The position numbers and the translations under genes are program-made. DNA of 64,000 nt from Zootoca vivipara (lineage: Eukaryota), in the NCBI RefSeq assembly GCF_963506605.1, contig NC_083279.1:101308001-101372000 (forward strand), in the 5' to 3' direction. This document shows positions 49,376 to 60,665 of the stretch, in pieces (position 1 is the stretch's first letter; the number at the start of each line of letters is the position of its first letter). The notes under the pieces are model-generated. The model made no database searches. It saw only the letters and a list, made by a program, of their open reading frames with translations, and had not been told where the DNA came from.

Positions 49376-50004
49376 ATAGAATCATAGAGTTGGAAGAGAC
49401 CACAAGGGCCATCCAGTCCAACCCCCTGCCAAGCAGGAAACACCATCAAAGCATTCTTGACATATGCCTGTCAAGCCTCTGCTTAAAGACCTCCAGAGAA
49501 GGAGACTCCACCACACTCCTTGGCAGCAAATTCCACTGCCGAACAGCTCTTACTGTCAGGAAGTTCTTCTTAATGTTTTGGTGGAATCTTCTTTCTTGTA
49601 GTTTGAATCCATTGCTCCGTGTCCGCTTCTCTGGAGCAGCAGAAAACAACCTTTCTCCCTCCTCCATATGACATCCTTTCATATATTTGAACATGGCTAT
49701 CATATCACCCCTTAACCTTCTCTTCTCCAGGCTAAACATACCCAGCTCCCTAAGCCGTTCCTCATAAGGCATCGTTTCCAGGCCTTTGACCATTTTGGTT
49801 GCCCTCCTCTGGACACGTTCCAGCTTGTCAGTATCCTTCTTGAACTGTGGTGCCCAGAACTGGACACAGTACTCCAGGTGAGGTCTGACCAGAGCAGAAT
49901 ACAGTGGTACTATTACTTCCCTTGATCTAGACGCTATACTCCTATTGATGCAGCCCAGAATTGCATTGGCTTTTTTAGCTGCTGCATCACACTGTTGACT
50001 CATG
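49376..50004 (-). mobile_element. CR1 LINE 3' portion, near-identical to 32522-33141
   Basis: Almost the same translation; also shares about 84 bp of flank (49292-49375). Confidence 0.93.
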
Positions 50005-50143
50005 ACTCATATGGCACACTCTATACCCCAACAAGGCTGTCCATTATAGGAATTGGATCCTGGAGCAATATCCCCGAAGCCAGAAGGAAGCTTGTGCCAA
50101 CCTTCTCTGATGAAGAGCAAGTTTCAAACTGGAAAATAAAAAG

Positions 50144-50253
50144 ACCCACCTGGGTGGAATCTCCTTGGTCTCTGCTGGTGGTTAGGAGATCCAGTTCTGC
50201 CAGAGACTCCGCGGCAGAGAGATTTATGCTGCTTTCTTGGGAATCCCTAGAGA
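50144..50253 (-). promoter_or_regulatory. Putative promoter and non-coding exon 1 of the OR51 at 47581-48528
   Basis: TCCCTAGAGA 50244-50253, CATAAA 50223-50228, donor CAG/GTGGGT 50144-50152. Confidence 0.55.
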
Positions 50254-52352
50254 AGGAGGAGATGAGACTCTTTGGCAGGAGCTTACAGAGAACCCAAGGG
50301 GCACCAACCCAAAGGAGACTCTTCCACAGCGGGCAGGACTGATGCTGAGCTCCCTCCTTCCTCAACAGAGCAGGTTGCAGCAGCAAAAACAGCAGTCAAG
50401 GGGGTGGACCAATTTTGTGTTTGTGTGTGGCAAGGGAGAAAACGATAGAGGGGGAGAATGACATAACAGAAGAGGAAAACACTGGGATTCTAGGTATTTA
50501 TAATCTGTTTGTAATTAAAAATGTGAGGTAATGTGAGGTGATTAATTAACAGAAATAGGCTACACTTGCTGGCATCCATCTGTCTTTTTTTTAAAACAAA
50601 AAATATATTGTTTATTGATTTTCCTTCATATACATACTATATTACATTTTACTTTTTACTTTTTTACATTTCTCCTTCCATTCTTCCGTCTTCTGTCTTC
50701 TTTGTGTCAGTCCTTAATTTTCGCATTGTCTTTTTTCGTTCGTTCAAACTTGACTCTTTCTTTCACATTTTTTTTAATAAGGTGTCTTCTCGCATATATA
50801 CACCTATAATTTATCTGTTTGTACAATAGCTGCAAATTCACCTGTTCAAACCGAATATATCATAATCCTACTGCTTTATCCCTGTTATAATACAATAAAA
50901 ATAAATGAGATATTTGTATTCACGTTATGAGATGTTGTTTCAATTCTACTGGTCTTTCTACATTCAACACATCTTACCAATATAGTCCATACATTATTCC
51001 ATTCTTTTTGAAATGAGACAATGGAGTGCACCTCTGGGGTGAAGTCAATCCACTGGATTAGCAGCACCAGAGTGACCTCTTCAGGGTGCAAGCCTGGGTA
51101 GTGTGTTCGGAGGTCCTGGGCTACCCAGACAACAACACCTTTTCGGACTTGTTAATGTGGTCCAAAGGAAAGCAGAGCAAGACGTTTGGCCCCAGCTTGG
51201 CTGCAGGAGTTGCCGGAAGGAGGCTTACAAGACACCACCCAACTGTCTTAGGGACTCCAGATTTGTGTGGGGTTTACTCTTGAGCCTTTTCCTCTCCTGA
51301 AAATGTCCCTCAAGGCAGCAGAGGTTTAAGATCAGAGTTCTCCTTCTCCTAGATGCGCTGCCTTCCCAGGTGAATGAACCCGGCCTGCCCTTCTCTTCCC
51401 TCTACAGCATGTGCAGCTATCGGTATATTTTGCCCACTGTGGGGCTTGAACCCACGTCCATGCAGTGAACATTTGGACACCTACCTAGGAAGGCATCACA
51501 AGTGAAACCTTATATGGTCTTAAACTGTGGAGAACTGAGAGTTTGGTTACAATTAAAACAAGCATTGCATATTGCTTTATCGTTTATTGGCAAACAACCC
51601 AGATGGGTGGGTACAAATAATAAAATTATTATTGTTGTTGTTATTATTATTATTATCTTGTCTACATGTGAAATGCCGGTGATGTCACAGAGCAAGCTGG
51701 TCAGTACATACCATACAACCCCAATTTCCACATTGCTGCAAGGTTCAGGATACGGCCTCAGCAGTGTGGCATGAGCCAGAAGGAGTGGGCAGCCACAGCT
51801 GCAGTGCAATGGTCTCCCAGTGGGCGCTTTGTGAGTTAATGGTGGCACTGCCCCTCTGAGCCATCTGTCGTGAGGCCACTGGCCACGCTTGGGCCACAAA
51901 AGCATTGCTGTGGCCTCCAGAAAACTCCTCCACCACTTTTCCCTCGGTTGTGGTTGCAGCACCAAGAGAAGCCCAGCTTGAGACACAGATGCCCTACCTT
52001 GCAGTCCAGCAGGTGAATGCCAGGAAAGAGGAGGGAGGGAGGGAGGGAGGGGAAACACTGTGTGGGGCAGGGGCTGGAGCCCAAACCCCCAAGCTCAAGT
52101 TCAACAGACTATCATCACACTGTATCCAATCTCCCAGAGGCAGCGCCCCCTGAGGAACAAAATGCAGAACTACACTGTGACAACAAACCTGTACAAACAT
52201 AGATAAAGGAAGATATTCTGTGTGTGTGCTTGAGTTTTTCAGAAATACCAATAGATTCTGCAAATGTGCACAACAAAATGTTCATTCATGTACTGAGCTG
52301 GAGAAGCCATAAACCCTATTGGGGATGCCATTGCGCTCTTTGCCATTCCAGA

Positions 52353-52966
52353 TCAGAACTTCCGTAGACACAAAAATCTGCCCAGGGCTTTGAGGATCTC
52401 TTTGGTTTTGATGCTGTAGATGATGGGGTTCAGAATCGGAGGAACCAGGAGGTAGATGTTGGCCATCACCGAGGGCAGCATTGGAGAATTGTGCTTGCTG
52501 AATCTGTTTGCAATAGCCAAACCAATCACGGGAGTATAATAGAGCACGACGGCACAGATGTGGGAGACGCAGGTGCTCAAGGCTTTCAGGTGCCCTTTCT
52601 GGGAGGTTATGTTCAGCACAGTCTTGAGATTCATCACATCGGACAAGAGGATACACAAGGAATCAAACCCAAGTGTGGAAACGACGCAAAGCAGGCCAGT
52701 TTAGCTGTTCCATGTCTGTGCATGGAAGCCGGATTAAATCGGGGTGCATGCAGTAAGGGTGAGTGAGCACATTGGACCTGCAGAATGGCAGCCTCCTTAG
52801 CAGAACAGGGAGTGGGGCCATCAGGAGACCACTTCTCACGGCAATCCCTAATCCTATCCACATAATCCTAAAGTTTGTCAGGATGGTGGTGTATTGCAGG
52901 GGGTTGTAAATGGCCATGAAGCGGTCCAGGGCCATCGCCCAGAGGACCCCTGACTCCATGCTGGAG
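52353..52966 (-). pseudogene. OR51 pseudogene (5' third missing, frameshift and premature stop)
   Basis: Begins at MESGVLWAMALDRF; frameshift and TAA near 52700-52712; C-terminus KALSTCVSH...PPILNPIIYSIKTKEI retained. Confidence 0.92.
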
Positions 52967-53011
52967 TCTCCTTTTTCCTGTCTTAAGTTCACATTCTCAC
53001 TTCATTTTTAG

Positions 53012-53320
53012 TTACAGGTAGGTAGCCGTGTTGGTCTGCTATAGTCAAAACAAAATAACAAAATTCCTTCCAGTAGCACCTTAGAGGGCCTTCTTGGTGG
53101 TGGCGCCTGCCCTGTGGAACGCCCTCCCAACAGGTGTCAAAAAGAAAAACAATTACCAGACTTTTAGAAGACATCTGAAGGCAGCCCTGTTTAAGGAGGC
53201 TTTTAATGTTTAATAGATTCTTTTATTTCATTTTGCTGTTGGAAGCCGCCCAGAGTGGCTGGGGAAACCCAGCCGGATGGGCGGGGTATAAATAATAAAT
53301 TATTATTATTATTATTACTA
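53012..53320 (+). mobile_element. Penelope-like fragment fused to an L2 3' end
   Basis: ttacaggtaggtagccgtgttggtctg...cagtagcaccttagag joined to gggccttcttggtggtggc...gcggggtataaataataaa. Confidence 0.65.
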
Positions 53321-53330
53321 TTACTATTAC

Positions 53331-53420
53331 CATAGCTGCCAAGTTATCCCTTATTTTAAGGGATTTTCCCTTATGCTGAATAGGCTTCCTCGCGAGAAAA
53401 GGGAAAACTTGGCAGCTATG
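53331..53420. mobile_element. 90-bp MITE
   Basis: TIRs catagctgccaagtt / aacttggcagctatg; ctattac on both sides. Confidence 0.8.
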
Positions 53421-53799
53421 CTATTACTATTACTATTATTATTATATTATATATACAGCCTGAGTGGAGGATGGAGGAGCTCACAGCATCGACACCCCAA
53501 ACAAATCTTGCTTCTCCATTGGTCACAGCTCTGGGTCTCCAGTGTCCAGTGTAGCTCTTGCAACCTCTCTCATATTTTTGGAATGTGGATATAAGGGCAC
53601 TTGAGTGGCCAGCGAAGGCCATTGCCTTCAGCAACAGGGTCTCTTAGATTCTCACCCTCCCTGGGTGCAGGACCCCTGAGGATTTGGAGGGACGCAGGGC
53701 ACCATCCAGACTGACACACACACACACACACACACACACACCACACCACACCACACCACACACAAGTCCGCAAGAGATTTGGAAATAGTGTTTTCTGGA

Positions 53800-54471
53800 T
53801 GGTGGGACAGAGCAGGCAGGAACACCCCACCCTTAAGCCAAGGCCACCCCTTGGGAGATGGCTACATGCCCCTCCATCCATGGAAGGCTCTTTTCATAGG
53901 CTGTGGATCAGACGTGAGGAGGAGGTGCTGCCTTCTACTGGTCTCAGCCCTGGTCCATCTGGACGTGTCAGAGTTCACGGAAGATCTCTTGGACAGGTGT
54001 GCTCCCTGCTGCTGGTGGTGGTACTGCTCTATGGGCAAGGGAAAGAGGGAGGGAGGAGAAGCTGCCCCATTGCTGACAGAGGGGGAGAGCGTGGGGAGGC
54101 AGGAATGCAGCAGGAATGAGAGAGGAGCAGCCAAGTTGCAGTAGAAGCCTGAGCTCCGAGAACAAGGATAAGGAAGGGGGGAGTTCAAGGGGGAAGACAC
54201 AGACTGACAGATTCAGAGGGAAGGGAGGGCCACTGGAAATAGCCCATCCCATGATGCGTAGGCTTGCAAGAATTAATGAGAGGCATGAACAGGAAAGGAA
54301 GCGAAGGGGGGCTTTAAATGTGGGAAGACTCAGCAACAGCTAATTTGGAAGCAGGCGCTGAGTGACTGAGCTCCAGAGTGGTTTGTGTGTTTTGATCAAT
54401 AAACCTGAGTTCATTGCTGCCGGAGTAGCCTCGCTTCTTTGGGGGAGACCCAGCCATTACACCCGCTGACA
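53800..54471 (+). mobile_element. Possible solo LTR (boundaries uncertain)
   Basis: TATA-like tttaaat (about 54313), AATAAA (about 54398) and CA-ending terminus; no exact TSD established. Confidence 0.4.
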
Positions 54472-55105
54472 CTGGGCCTTGACTGGCTTAAGAAACCATT
54501 GTAATTAAGTACTATATAGAAATTGCCTAAATGAATATGTATCGCAGGTAAACGGAGTCTCTGTGTTTAGAAGCCATACCTCTAAATAGTGTATGTAGGA
54601 ATAGGGGTGTAGGAAGAGAAGCCTTTGCCCCATCACGCACAGTGCTGGAGCAGCTTTCCAAGGTTTCAGCCGACACCTTTCCAGCTTTGCCTGGAGATGC
54701 CAAGATTAGAACCCAAGAACCCAAGATGCTCTGCCACAGAGCTGGAGACCAGAGGAAGGGCTGCAGAGACACCCAGAGAGCATCCAGCCTTCCAAAAATT
54801 ATTCACAATTATGTCTCAGTATGATAAACACCCATTCAGTCATTCATTCATTCAGTTTTTTTATTACACTAATGTGCTACCTTTTCCTCCAAGGAGATCA
54901 AAGTGGTGTGTATGATCCTCCTCATCCTCCCAATTTTATTCCCACAACAACCCTGCAAGGTAGGTTAGGTTGAGGCCGAGGCAGTGACCAGCCCCCAAAG
55001 ATTGCACCCGGGGAGCTTCGTGGCCGAGTGGGGGGGGATTTGAACCCTGGTCCCTCCCAGGTCCTAGTCAGACGCGCAAAGACCGGTTCGATTTGCGTTT
55101 GCCAA

Positions 55106-56038
55106 TCACGAAAACATCTTGGCGATCCCCTTCCGGATCTCTTTGGTTTTGACGCTGTAGATGATGGGGTTGAGCAGCGGGGGGACGAAGAGGTAGACGT
55201 TGGACATCATGATGTGGACCACGGGAGGGGCGCCCTTCCCAAATCTGTGCAGGACAGAGACAGCGATGATGGGGACGTAGAAAGAGAGGACCGCGCAGAT
55301 GTGCGAGACACAGGTGTTGAGGGCCTTGCGCCGCTGCTCCCGTGATGCGATGCTCAAGACGGTCTTCAGGATCATGGTGTAGGACAGAACAATGAAGGTG
55401 GAGTCCAGGCCGTAGGTGAAGAGGACGGCAAAGAAGCCATAGATGTTGTTGACAGTGATGTCGGCACACGCCAGGCGCATCATGTCCGGGTGGAGGCAGT
55501 AGGAGTGGGACAGGATGTTGGACTTGCAAATGGGCAGCCGCTTGATGAGGAACGGGAAGGGGAAGAGCATGACAGTGCTCTTCAGGACAATGGCCAAGCC
55601 GATCCGGGCGATCCGGGGGTTGGTCAAGGTGGACGAGTACCGGAGAGGGTTGCAGATGGCGACAAAGCGGTCGAAGGACATGGCTAGCAGGATCCCGGAC
55701 TCCATGAAGGAGAAGGAGTGGAGGAAGAACATCTGGGCCAGGCAAGCGTCAAAGAGGACATCACTGAGGCCAAAGCAGAAGATGGCGAGCACCGTTGGGA
55801 GGGTGGAGAGGGAAACCCCCAAATCGTTGAAGGACAGCATGCACAGGAAGAAATACATGGGCTCGTGGAGCCGCCGGTCCCTCCTGACGATGGCGAGGAT
55901 GGTGCAGTTGCCAGTGATGGAGGCAGCGTACAGCAAGCAGAAGGGGATGGCAATCCACAAGTGGAACTGCTCCAGGCCTGGGAAGCCGGTGAGGTGGAAG
56001 GTGGCAGGCTGGAAGCGGGTGAGGTTGAGCTCTTCCAT
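55106..56038 (-). CDS. Class I olfactory receptor, OR51I-like (310 aa)
   Basis: FHLTGFPGLE, LHEPMYFFLCMLSFNDLGVS, MSFDRFVAICNPLRY, HSYCLHPDMMRLAC, MMSNVYLFVPPLLNPIIYS; acceptor ccttcttgtttcctttccag at about 56066. Confidence 0.95.
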   Translation of the reverse strand: MEELNLTRFQPATFHLTGFPGLEQFHLWIAIPFCLLYAASITGNCTILAIVRRDRRLHEPMYFFLCMLSFNDLGVSLSTLPTVLAIFCFGLSDVLFDACLAQMFFLHSFSFMESGILLAMSFDRFVAICNPLRYSSTLTNPRIARIGLAIVLKSTVMLFPFPFLIKRLPICKSNILSHSYCLHPDMMRLACADITVNNIYGFFAVLFTYGLDSTFIVLSYTMILKTVLSIASREQRRKALNTCVSHICAVLSFYVPIIAVSVLHRFGKGAPPVVHIMMSNVYLFVPPLLNPIIYSVKTKEIRKGIAKMFS

Positions 56039-56231
56039 GCGCACCTTCGTGGGCTTTGGATTTCCCTGGAAAGGAAACAAGAAGGACCAGGAGGCTTCTG
56101 GCCATGGGACAACGGAGAGGGAAGCACATGGCAGGAGAGGAGAGTGAGAGGAGAGGGGAGACTCCATCAGTGAGCGGCTGAGAAGAGGGTCAAGTGGGAA
56201 ACATTGGAGTGACTGCTGCAAGGGTCTAAAA

Positions 56232-56367
56232 CAGGCATCCCCAAACCGCGGCTCTCCAGATGTTTTGGCCCACAACTCCCATGATCCCTAGCTAACAGGA
56301 CCAGTGGTCGGGGAAGATGAGAATTGTAGTCCAAAACATCTGGAGGGCCAAAGTTTGGGGATGCCTG
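56232..56367. mobile_element. hAT MITE (same family as 28686-28821)
   Basis: TIR caggcatccccaaac; 8-bp TSD GTCTAAAA. Confidence 0.9.
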
Positions 56368-56866
56368 GTCTAAAATATAAAGACAAGGGAACTCAAGAGA
56401 AAATCACGAGTGGAAATCCTGGGATGGGTGGAAGGAAGGAAGGAAGGAAGGAAGGAAGGAAGGAAGGAAGGAAGGAAGGAAGGAAGGCGGGCGCAGTGGG
56501 TGGCAGGGGTGGCACTGGGGGGATACAGGGCACTAAAGCCTCCCAGGTGCAATCTCCCCTCCAACGGCTCAACAACTGTAGGCGATCTCTCCGCCCCAGG
56601 CGCCAGTGGGGTTTGCTATGCCAATGCGCCTCTGCTCCAAATCTGGAGGTGGGGCATGAAAAGGACCAGAAGCTCTCACAGCACACTCAGAAAATAATAA
56701 AGACAGTGTGTATTGAAAACCATAAACTAGGGACAAAGAATCGTAGAATTGTAGGGTTGGAAAGGTTCCCAAGGGTCACCTAACTCAACGCACGGCAATG
56801 TAGGAATCACAGCTAAAGCACTCATGAGGGGTGGCTATCCAACTTCCACTGAAGGAGAGTCCACGA

Positions 56867-57324
56867 CAGTGCCAGATTTATGTATAAGCTAAACAAGCTC
56901 TAGCTCAGGGCCCCACTCTCTTGGGGGACCCCCCCCCAAAAAAAATAAAGAAAGCAACAACTGGATGTACATTTCCAAAATATAAGATAAAAAGCAAATA
57001 AAATAAACCCTACATAAAATAAACCCTACAACCGTGTTTTGTGTTGTGTTGTCCTGTGATGTAAGTCATGGGCCCCGCCTGCTCCCTAAAATATCCCTGG
57101 TTTGCTCATTTCTCTATATAGGGTGCCTCCATTCTGCATGGACTGGTTGCAAGGCAACATGTGCAAATGGCTTTAGATACCTATTAGGTCCATAAATTTC
57201 CACATAGCATATATTCAACACAAAAAACAGCGACAATTTGTTGTTGACGAAGGACAGCTGGACATATAAAGGGCCCCATTCCCTTCAGGAGCTGAGGGCC
57301 ACATCAATCCTAAATCTAGCCCTG
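56867..57324. mobile_element. hAT-type non-autonomous element
   Basis: TIRs cagtgccagattta / taaatctagccctg; degenerate TSD gtccacga/gtccttga. Confidence 0.7.
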
Positions 57325-57383
57325 GTCCTTGACCTTCCTAGGAGGTCCATTCCATGGTCCAGAGGCTCTTGCTATCAGAGTGT

Positions 57384-57459
<76 letters not shown>

Positions 57460-57774
57460 GTGGGGACCCCGTTAGCCAAAGTAGCACAACAAATGACTGG
57501 CCTCCGCAGGTCACTGGCCAAGCACAGCATAAGGTGTTTAGGACTTGACCGTAAAGCTGAACCATATTGCCAGCCAGAGCATTTCCCAGTGGTTCTCATC
57601 ACGCCAAAAAGGTAGACGTGGAACTGAAAGCGGCTGCTAGCGCTTGTGAACCTGGAAACCTGCATTTTTCTGTCTTTCTGACATCAGCCAGGAGGTGGCA
57701 GTAGATGGCAGGCAGTGAAGGCAAATCCAGCCACCAGCCCCCCCCCAAACAGATCTGCTTTTTCTTAAAAGTGG

Positions 57775-57820
<46 letters not shown>

Positions 57821-57919
57821 TTTTATTTATACCCTGCCCTCCCCAGTCAAAACCGGGCTCAGGGCGGCTCACACCAATAAAATTACAATAGAATAGATAC
57901 TTTATTTAGAATAGAATAG

Positions 57920-58160
57920 ATACTTTATTGTCATTGTACATAGTAGAATGAAATTTAATGCCATCCCATAAAAAACAAAATAAAAACACAATTACAGCCC
58001 CCCACACACACACACATCGACACCCATTCCAACTCCCCGGGATCATATTATTTAGTTACTGTACAGCATTTAAGATGGTTATACAGTAGCTCTCTATTTC
58101 TTCTTGCTCTAATTGTTCTGTATCTCTTGCCCGAAGGCAGCGGTGCAAAAAGACTATATA
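57920..58160 (-). mobile_element. Rex1/Babar-like LINE 3' fragment
   Basis: Translates LFAPLPSGKRYRTIRAR; (ctatt)n tail. Confidence 0.6.
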
Positions 58161-58570
58161 TAGTGGGAGGGAATAGGAAAGTCTGGATGCTGGTGGGCAG
58201 GCGGGTGGGGGAGAGGGGGGGTGGCGCCACTATAGCTCAGTCAGTGGCGAGGGTTTTGAGCAGAGCAGAGGCTGCTCGGCCATCAGGCATGGATGCTTCA
58301 GCGGAGATTCCTGCACCACACTGGGTCCAGCTAGATGCCCCTTTGGTGTCCCTTCCAACCCTCCAGTTCAGAGAGAGAGAGAGAGAGAGACAGAGACAGA
58401 GAGAGACAGAGACAGAGAGAGACAGAGAGAGAGAGAATGGACTTCAGGCATCTGCTTGAAGATGATAAGTGTAGAACCCAGCGACACCCCCACCCTCCTG
58501 ACAGCCGGAGAAGAAAATTCTAGAACGGTAGAATTTCAGAGTTGGGAGGAAGGCAAAGAGTCATCTAGAC

Positions 58571-58820
58571 CAGGGATCCCCCAAACTAAGGCCCGGGGGC
58601 TGGATGCGGCCCAATCACCTTCTAAACCTGGCCCACAGACGGTCCGGGAATCAGCATGTTTTTACATGAGTAGAATGTGTTCTTTTATTTAAAATGCATC
58701 TCTGGGTTTTTTGTGGGGCATAGGAATTCGTTCATATTTTGTTCAAAATATAGTCTGGCCCCCCACAAGGTCTGAGGGACAGGGGACCGGCCCCCTGCTG
58801 AAAAAGTTTGCTGACCCCTG
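58571..58820. mobile_element. hAT MITE
   Basis: 8-bp TSD ATCTAGAC; ends cagggatcccccaaact / agtttgctgacccctg. Confidence 0.88.
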
Positions 58821-60219
58821 ATCTAGACCCTGCAATGTAGGACTCACAGCTGATTTCTGGGGTGGGGGGGTTCAACCCTGATCTGCTCAGGAGCCTTGGT
58901 TGAGAGGGAGGAGGGGAAAAGGCACCGCCTGTTTCTGAATCCTCAGCCTCATAGAATTGTAGAGTTGGAGGGCACTCCAGAGGCCATCTAGTCCCACCCC
59001 CTGCAATGCATGAATCCTACCCACAGCGGTCTCTGGGTGGGCTTGAACCACCAACCTTCTGGTTAACACCCAGGCGCTCTGACCCATTGTACCACATAGG
59101 ACTTTCCCTCCGCAGCCCGGAGGGGAGCCCACCCCACGGCTTGAGAACCAGCAAAGCTTGGGTCGGCCAGAGCTCAGGGAGAGCAGAGGCAGGAGGTGGC
59201 TCTCTCTTGGCTCTTGGAGGTGAGAGACCTGGTTTGGGGAAGGCACAGCTAAATCTGCAAGAGCAGCTTAACTGAAGCTCCCTTCCAAGGGTGAAACCCA
59301 CCAGCTGCCCCCCAGATGCTGAGCAGGGATGAGCTGAGGGACTGGACAGCTAACAACCATCTTTGGAAGAAGAGATCATTTGGGCAGATGCCTCTTCTTT
59401 TCCCAGCATAGAAGGGACCCCCAGGGTCATCTAGTCCAACCCCCTGCAATGCAGGAATCTCAGCTAAAGCACCCCTGAGGGATGGCCGTCCAATCTCCAA
59501 GGAAGAAGAGCCCACCCCTTCTGGTTCTTATCCTCAGAAAGTCCTTGCTGGTGTTTAGTCAGATCCTCCTTTCTCATCGTTTGGACCCCTGCCCACAACA
59601 TGGGCCTGGCCTGCCCCACAAGTCCAAAGGCCCACTGTGGCAGAGGAGGAACTCTGTTCAACTGCAGGTCTGGTGGTGGTGGGTTCCTCATTCCTTCATT
59701 GCGGGGGTTGGACTAGATGACCCTTGGGCTCCCTTCCAACTCTACAGTTTTAGGGTTCTATCCTTCAGCATCTGCTCCCTTACCTGGAAGGTTGAGCACC
59801 CCACTCTGCCTTTGCCAGGAGAGTCTCTGCTGCCTGTCCAGAGCCCTTCCTTCCTTCTTTGTCTGCGGCAGGAGAGACCGAAGGGACAGCTGGGAGGAAG
59901 CTCTTATGCACAGGCTCACCTGGCGATGCTCCAGGGGCTCTGGGGCTGCTGCTGCCCCACATGGGACCACCCTGGAGCCCAGAGTTTAGAGGGTGCTAAG
60001 AATAAACTTGCAGAATTCTTTTTAAAACAACACCACCACCCTCGGGCCCCAGTGCTGCAGAGTTGTCTTTGATGCAGGTGTATGAGAAATGATACCTGAT
60101 CCAAAGCTTAGAAATGCGGGACGGCAATTCTCACATTCTGTTTCCACACATAGATCCATGTTCGTGCACCCAGTCAAAGGAGTCTGGTCTGCTTTGTCGT
60201 CCTCGCCATCAAATGCCAG

Positions 60220-60665
60220 GTTCTGCACTTAGGCAGGAAGAACCAGATGCACAAATATAGCAGTGTGGAAAGGATCTAGCGGTCTTGGTGAAGCACAAGC
60301 TTAACATGAGTCAACCGTGTGATGCAGCAGCAAAAAAGGCTACTCTAGGCTGCATCCACAAAAGTCTAGTGTCCAGGTCAAGGGACATAATAATACTACT
60401 CTGTTCTGCCTTAGTCAGGCCACACCTGGAATACTCTGTCCAGTTCTGGGCACCACAATTTAAGAAGGATGTTGAGCAGCTGGAAGGTGTGCAGAGGAGG
60501 GCAACCAAGACGATTGAGGGTCTGGAAACTAAGACTTAGAAGGAGCAGTTGAAAAAGCTGGGTTTTTTAAAGCAGAGGTTGTATTCTTTAGCTGTGAATC
60601 CTGCATTGCAGGGGGTTGGACTAGATGACCCTTGGGTCCCTTACCACTCTACCATTCTACAGTTC
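60220..60665 (+). mobile_element. CR1 LINE fragment
   Basis: [21 protein letters not shown]. Confidence 0.85.
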
